From: an uncultured Fibrobacterota bacterium
Lineage (GTDB): Bacteria; Fibrobacterota; Chitinivibrionia; Chitinivibrionales; FEN-1185
Direction: 5' to 3'
Length of the DNA: 64,000 bases
NCBI GenBank assembly: GCA_963729895.1
Contig: CAVSQB010000019.1
Location: 64,001-128,000 of the forward strand
Shown here: positions 59,786-64,000 of the stretch, piece after piece
Layout of the letters: each line of letters starts with the position of its first letter
Numbering within the stretch: position 1 is the stretch's first letter
The notes under the pieces: generated by a model
The model's database searches: none
What the model was told of the DNA's origin: nothing
The model's input: only the letters and a program-made list of their open reading frames with translations
Translations under genes and position numbers: made by a program

Positions 59786-61297
59786 TTAAGACGGCCGTAT
59801 AATGGCTAACAGGGATTTTGCCTGGTGTCGCATAGGACTTGGCATGATAGCAAACATTACCGCGATACTTGCTGTCATGGAAATAGCCAATACCCCGAAA
59901 TCAGTTAATCGACTCTCATGTATGAATTGATTGCAATACTTGATCACCAAGACTGGCATGGCACTTGGAATTGCAAATCGCAATATATCGTTCAAATACC
60001 ATCTCCACTTTTCTCTCTTCAAATATCTTCTATACATGAAATGTACACCAATCAACACATAACCACTGTTGAGGATTACCCAGACAGAAGCTGCTCCCTT
60101 CGTACCGAAAAAATGGACAAGAACAAAAATCAGCGGCACCAACAATGCCACGGAAACCGAATTGATAATGATTGACAGCCTTGTGTAGCCATGGGCCAGT
60201 AGGACATTGTATGGCATGTGCATCATCAAATTGAGCATGTTGCCTGTTGCTAAAAGCGACAAGAGAGGGCCTGTTGCATTCGAAATAGCATGGTTATTGG
60301 TCCAGACAAAGAGCGCTTCGTTGGGAAAAAATGCCAGAACTGCCCACACCGGAAAGACCACAAAGGAAACCAGTTGACAGCTTATATGGAACAGGGAGGC
60401 AAGGTTGGTTTCTTCGCCGAGTGATACAAGTTCCGTAAACCGGGGAAACAACGCGCCGTTGATAGGCACTATGAGAGCATAGAACACACTTGCTGCGCTG
60501 CCTGCCAATGCATAGTACCCGAACTGTTCAAGCGGCACCAGCTTGCCAAGCAGGATTTTGTCGGTCTGGGTGAGCAAGGTAGCAAGGATGTTTATTCCCA
60601 GCATGCCGGCGGAAAACCTCCAGGTCTTTTTAAGGACGCCCCAATCAAACCTTCCCTTGCCCGGAACGTCCTTCAACTCCACGTGCAGCACAACAGAGTA
60701 CGCGATTGTCTGAGCAAGAAAACATCCGATCTGCCACAGAAAAAATGCCTGAAGCGTGGGCGAAACGAGCCACAACAGCAGCACTACGCCGCCGCCCCTG
60801 ATGGTTGACATGATAATAGCGACGACATTGCTGTGGACCTGCTTCTGCAGGCCGTTTATTCCGCCCAGGTAAATCGTACCCGGCCACTGGGCAATTATAC
60901 TGAGTCCCATCAGAATCGTTGCATCGCTGATTACGGAAATCGGCGTGTGCTGGGCTTTGAGCCAGTGCCCGGCGAACAACGGAGAAACCGAGATGAACAA
61001 GACACCCGCAACCGCGGCAATGACCCAGTAGGCCCTGGAAAACGTGGCGAGCGAGTTTCGGATTGCATTGTCCGAAACGCGCGTCGGCGAAAGCCGCGCC
61101 ATTTCGCGGCTGAACGTGGTGGACAAGCCCATGTCGAGCAGGTAGATCACCGTTTGCAAAGAGGCGAAAAAGCCGATAATGCCGTAGCATTCGATGCCGA
61201 GAAAATGGATATAGAGCGGGACAAAGAGCAGGCCCATGGCCATTTGCCAGAAGGAGCCGGCGTAGTTGGCGAGGATGTTGAGACGGACTTTGGTCAT
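59786..61297 (-). CDS. wzx: Oligosaccharide flippase (Wzx)
   Basis: 12-14 TMs; DMGL, QTDKILL, GYY and FPRF motifs. Confidence 0.85.
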   Translation of the reverse strand: MTKVRLNILANYAGSFWQMAMGLLFVPLYIHFLGIECYGIIGFFASLQTVIYLLDMGLSTTFSREMARLSPTRVSDNAIRNSLATFSRAYWVIAAVAGVLFISVSPLFAGHWLKAQHTPISVISDATILMGLSIIAQWPGTIYLGGINGLQKQVHSNVVAIIMSTIRGGGVVLLLWLVSPTLQAFFLWQIGCFLAQTIAYSVVLHVELKDVPGKGRFDWGVLKKTWRFSAGMLGINILATLLTQTDKILLGKLVPLEQFGYYALAGSAASVFYALIVPINGALFPRFTELVSLGEETNLASLFHISCQLVSFVVFPVWAVLAFFPNEALFVWTNNHAISNATGPLLSLLATGNMLNLMMHMPYNVLLAHGYTRLSIIINSVSVALLVPLIFVLVHFFGTKGAASVWVILNSGYVLIGVHFMYRRYLKREKWRWYLNDILRFAIPSAMPVLVIKYCNQFIHESRLTDFGVLAISMTASIAVMFAIMPSPMRHQAKSLLAIIRPS

Positions 61298-61376
61298 AGC
61301 GCCGCAATAATCGGGATTGTGGTTTGTGACAGGGGGAAAAAGAGATCAAACAGACGGTTGTTCTTGAGGGGGTTTT

Positions 61377-62504
61377 CTATTTCGTGAAGAATTCGCAAAC
61401 CCCATCAATCACCCTTTCAACGTACTGCTGCTTCATGTTTGAATGCAGCGGCAGGGTGAGCACCTCATTTACTACCCGCTCGGTCACACTCATGTCGCCA
61501 TGCCTGCTGTTTTTGTAGAAGGTATGCTTATGTACCGGCACAAAATGGATTCCCGTGTCGATATCCTTTGACCTTAAGAAGTCAATAAGCCTTTCTCTCC
61601 TTGCGTCAAGAATCCTCAAACTATAAATGAACGATGAAACATTCGAGAAATCCGTCTGCGGCACCTTCACTCCCTCAAGGGCCTTGAAGGCCTCGTTGTA
61701 GGCCTTGCACACGCGCCTGCGGCTTTCTATAAATTCATCCACGCGCTTTATCTGCGAAATACCAACGCTTGCCAGGATATTGGTCATGTGGTAGCGAAAA
61801 CCCTGGCAAACAACATCGTAATCCCATGCGCGCTGGTTCTTATACCGCAAGGTGGTGTCTTTGTCCACCCCGAGCAAACGCAAATGCCGCAGGTTCTCCA
61901 TTTCCTTTTCGGAATTTACGACCACTGCGCCGCCGTCTATAGAGGTAATCACTTTAACGGGGTCAAAGCTAAAGCATGCAATATCGCCGAAACTTCCTAT
62001 TTTCCTGCCGTCAACCGTTGATCCAAAGGCATGACAGCAATCTTCCACGACCCTCAAGTTATGCTTCTCGGCCAACGTGTAGACATTGCCGATGTCACAG
62101 GGAATTCCCGCAAAATGGAGTGGAATTATGGCCTTGGTTTTTTCCGTAACCAGCTTTTCCGCTTTCTCGCAATCAATGCCCAGGTTGTCGTCGTTAATGT
62201 CGCACATTACCACTTCGCCGCCGGCGGCGGTAATTGCCTGGTGGTCCGCAACGTAATTGAACGACGCCGTGATGACCTCGTCACCGGGTTTTACCCCGGC
62301 GGCAAGCAGGCCGATGTGCAGGGCGGAGGTCCCGGTATTGGTGGCAACGACTTTCCTTGTTGTCGAACCGAGGTACGCCGCAATCCGGTCCTCAAACTCT
62401 TTTGTGAAGGCGCCCATGCCGAGCCAGCCCACGTCGAAAGCGTCGGTGAGATGCTTGAGGGTGTCTACGCTGATGTGGGGAACGAAGACGGGAATCTTTT
62501 CCAT
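61377..62504 (-). CDS. DegT/DnrJ aminotransferase
   Basis: TGTSALH, EDCCHAFG and SFDPVKVITSIDGG motifs. Confidence 0.92.
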   Translation of the reverse strand: MEKIPVFVPHISVDTLKHLTDAFDVGWLGMGAFTKEFEDRIAAYLGSTTRKVVATNTGTSALHIGLLAAGVKPGDEVITASFNYVADHQAITAAGGEVVMCDINDDNLGIDCEKAEKLVTEKTKAIIPLHFAGIPCDIGNVYTLAEKHNLRVVEDCCHAFGSTVDGRKIGSFGDIACFSFDPVKVITSIDGGAVVVNSEKEMENLRHLRLLGVDKDTTLRYKNQRAWDYDVVCQGFRYHMTNILASVGISQIKRVDEFIESRRRVCKAYNEAFKALEGVKVPQTDFSNVSSFIYSLRILDARRERLIDFLRSKDIDTGIHFVPVHKHTFYKNSRHGDMSVTERVVNEVLTLPLHSNMKQQYVERVIDGVCEFFTK

Positions 62505-62652
62505 GGGAATTTGTCCTAATCTTTAAGGCACCGGAGAAAACCGCCCGGCCCTACCGGAATCCATCATTATTTGTTTAAGAAGTTTTAAGCCGCGGTCTTT
62601 GAATTATTTCCCTTTTCCCAAAGCTTATTCAATAAGGAATAGCTTCGTTTGG

Positions 62653-63405
62653 TTAATCCTTTATTCGTCGAAGAAATCCATTCGGGGCAACGGTGATCAA
62701 CAGCTTGTGATCTATTTGCCTGTCAACTTCGAACTCCGGATGTATCCTAAGGTATTCCAACACGGCCGTCTTTGGGTTGTTGCCCGATCCCCACGGTCGG
62801 TCAGGAAATATCTCAGCGGGCAAGTCTTCAATGAGCGTGTCGAACGTTACACAATAGCTGCCCACAGTGGTCAACGGAGCGTAGGCTTGCAACTCGGCGA
62901 GCACATGGTCATGAGTGTGGTTGCTGTCCAAGCAGACCAACACGGATTGTTTACCCGCCGCCTTGGCCTTCACTTGCCCGGCGATCTCGGGCGCGGTGCT
63001 GGAACCTTGGATCATCGCGATGCGCTTGAACATCGGATGCGACTCGATGGCTTCGCGGTTGTGCGCGCGAATGTCGATATCCACTCCTAGAACCTCAGCG
63101 TCCTGCGGGCCGCCGCAGGCCGCGTTCAACTCCAGCATGGATGCATAGAAAATCAATGATCCGCCGTGGGCGATGCCGGTTTCGATGATGAGGTCTGGCT
63201 GGATGCGAAAGATAAGCTCCTGCATAGCAACTATGTCTTGCGGATACTGTATGATTGGACGACCAAGCCAACGAAAATTGTATGTATACTTGTGCCTTCC
63301 GGATTCGCGACACCAAATCCTGGACAAGGCTTGGAGGTCTTTATCTTTGCCAAGTTCTCGAATATTTTCATCGACTTCGTTCTTGAAAACTTCTATTGGA
63401 TTCAT
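62653..63405 (-). CDS. Cephalosporin hydroxylase (CmcI)-family methyltransferase-like protein
   Basis: WLGRPIIQYPQD, IETGIAHGGS and LDSNHTHDHV motifs. Confidence 0.9.
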   Translation of the reverse strand: MNPIEVFKNEVDENIRELGKDKDLQALSRIWCRESGRHKYTYNFRWLGRPIIQYPQDIVAMQELIFRIQPDLIIETGIAHGGSLIFYASMLELNAACGGPQDAEVLGVDIDIRAHNREAIESHPMFKRIAMIQGSSTAPEIAGQVKAKAAGKQSVLVCLDSNHTHDHVLAELQAYAPLTTVGSYCVTFDTLIEDLPAEIFPDRPWGSGNNPKTAVLEYLRIHPEFEVDRQIDHKLLITVAPNGFLRRIKD

Positions 63406-64000
63406 TGTGAATTCTCACCTTTGTTTAATATTCGTTTGACTGGATGTCCATAGTAAAACCCCGGCTGCATAATGTTCTTGACAACAAGTGAAGCGCCACC
63501 AAAGGTAACCCGATCACAAATCTCCACGTTGTCTATTATGGTGCTCCCTATTCCCACAAAACATGATTCTCCGACTGTGACATACCCGGCGATGTTGACT
63601 CCAGGGGCGATAAAGCTATGCTTCCTAATCTTAGAATTATGCGAGATAGATACGGAAGTGTTCAACAGAACGTTGTCTTCCAACTCAACCCCAATGTCAA
63701 GAACACATCCAGGAAAGACGACCACCCCGCAGCCGACCTTGCATGATCGATCGACATAAGCGGAACTATGAATAATATTAGCCATCGGGATAATGGCGCC
63801 AAATTCATAAAAGGCATCTTTTCTAAAGTCAAACTGGTTGTAGCCAACGCCTATTGCTAATTCGTCAAAAAACCTTTCCTTAAACAGCGATTCAACGTCT
63901 TTTGTCGTGCCAACCACTTTGCCGAAATAACCTATTTGGGTGCCAGCCTCCTTTCTATTGTCGAAAAATCCAGCAATCTCGTATTTTGCGTCATTCGCCG
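63402..64000 (-). CDS. NeuD/PglD-like sugar acetyltransferase (5' end outside the window)
   Basis: GFFD, IGVG, hexapeptide repeats, SHN and YYGHP. Confidence 0.8.
   Translation of the reverse strand, partial: ANDAKYEIAGFFDNRKEAGTQIGYFGKVVGTTKDVESLFKERFFDELAIGVGYNQFDFRKDAFYEFGAIIPMANIIHSSAYVDRSCKVGCGVVVFPGCVLDIGVELEDNVLLNTSVSISHNSKIRKHSFIAPGVNIAGYVTVGESCFVGIGSTIIDNVEICDRVTFGGASLVVKNIMQPGFYYGHPVKRILNKGENSQ

Overview
GC-rich bacterial chromosomal window. The Fibrobacterota/FCB-like lineage is only a guess from gene content. The left half (1-31 kb) holds mixed housekeeping genes: two glycosyltransferases, an OMP beta-barrel, a beta-CASP MBL RNase, a response regulator, secD/secF, DUF4159/DUF4175-like genes, two radical SAM enzymes, ispG, a large PAS hybrid kinase, ABC-F, zur-znuACB and cinA. 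The right half (31-64 kb, minus strand) is a surface-polysaccharide cluster: pglF/pglE/pglC-like genes, many GTs, wzx, wzy-like, asnB, FkbM methyltransferases and a CmcI-family gene. It is hit by three apparently identical IS1380-family copies and one IS5 nested in an IS1380; a second IS5 copy lies at 848-2141. Most notable observations: (i) a dispersed family of ~140-250 nt multi-hairpin intergenic elements (8 full copies, 1 variant) whose stems show clear compensatory changes; (ii) a four-helix-bundle gene enclosed in a 23-bp stem that is fully paired only in the mRNA sense, resembling an rRNA intervening sequence placed in an mRNA; (iii) a hybrid kinase lacking both the phospho-His and the phospho-Asp; (iv) nested IS insertion inactivating a B12 radical SAM gene. 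All calls were made by eye from the sequence and ORF track; no database searches were run.
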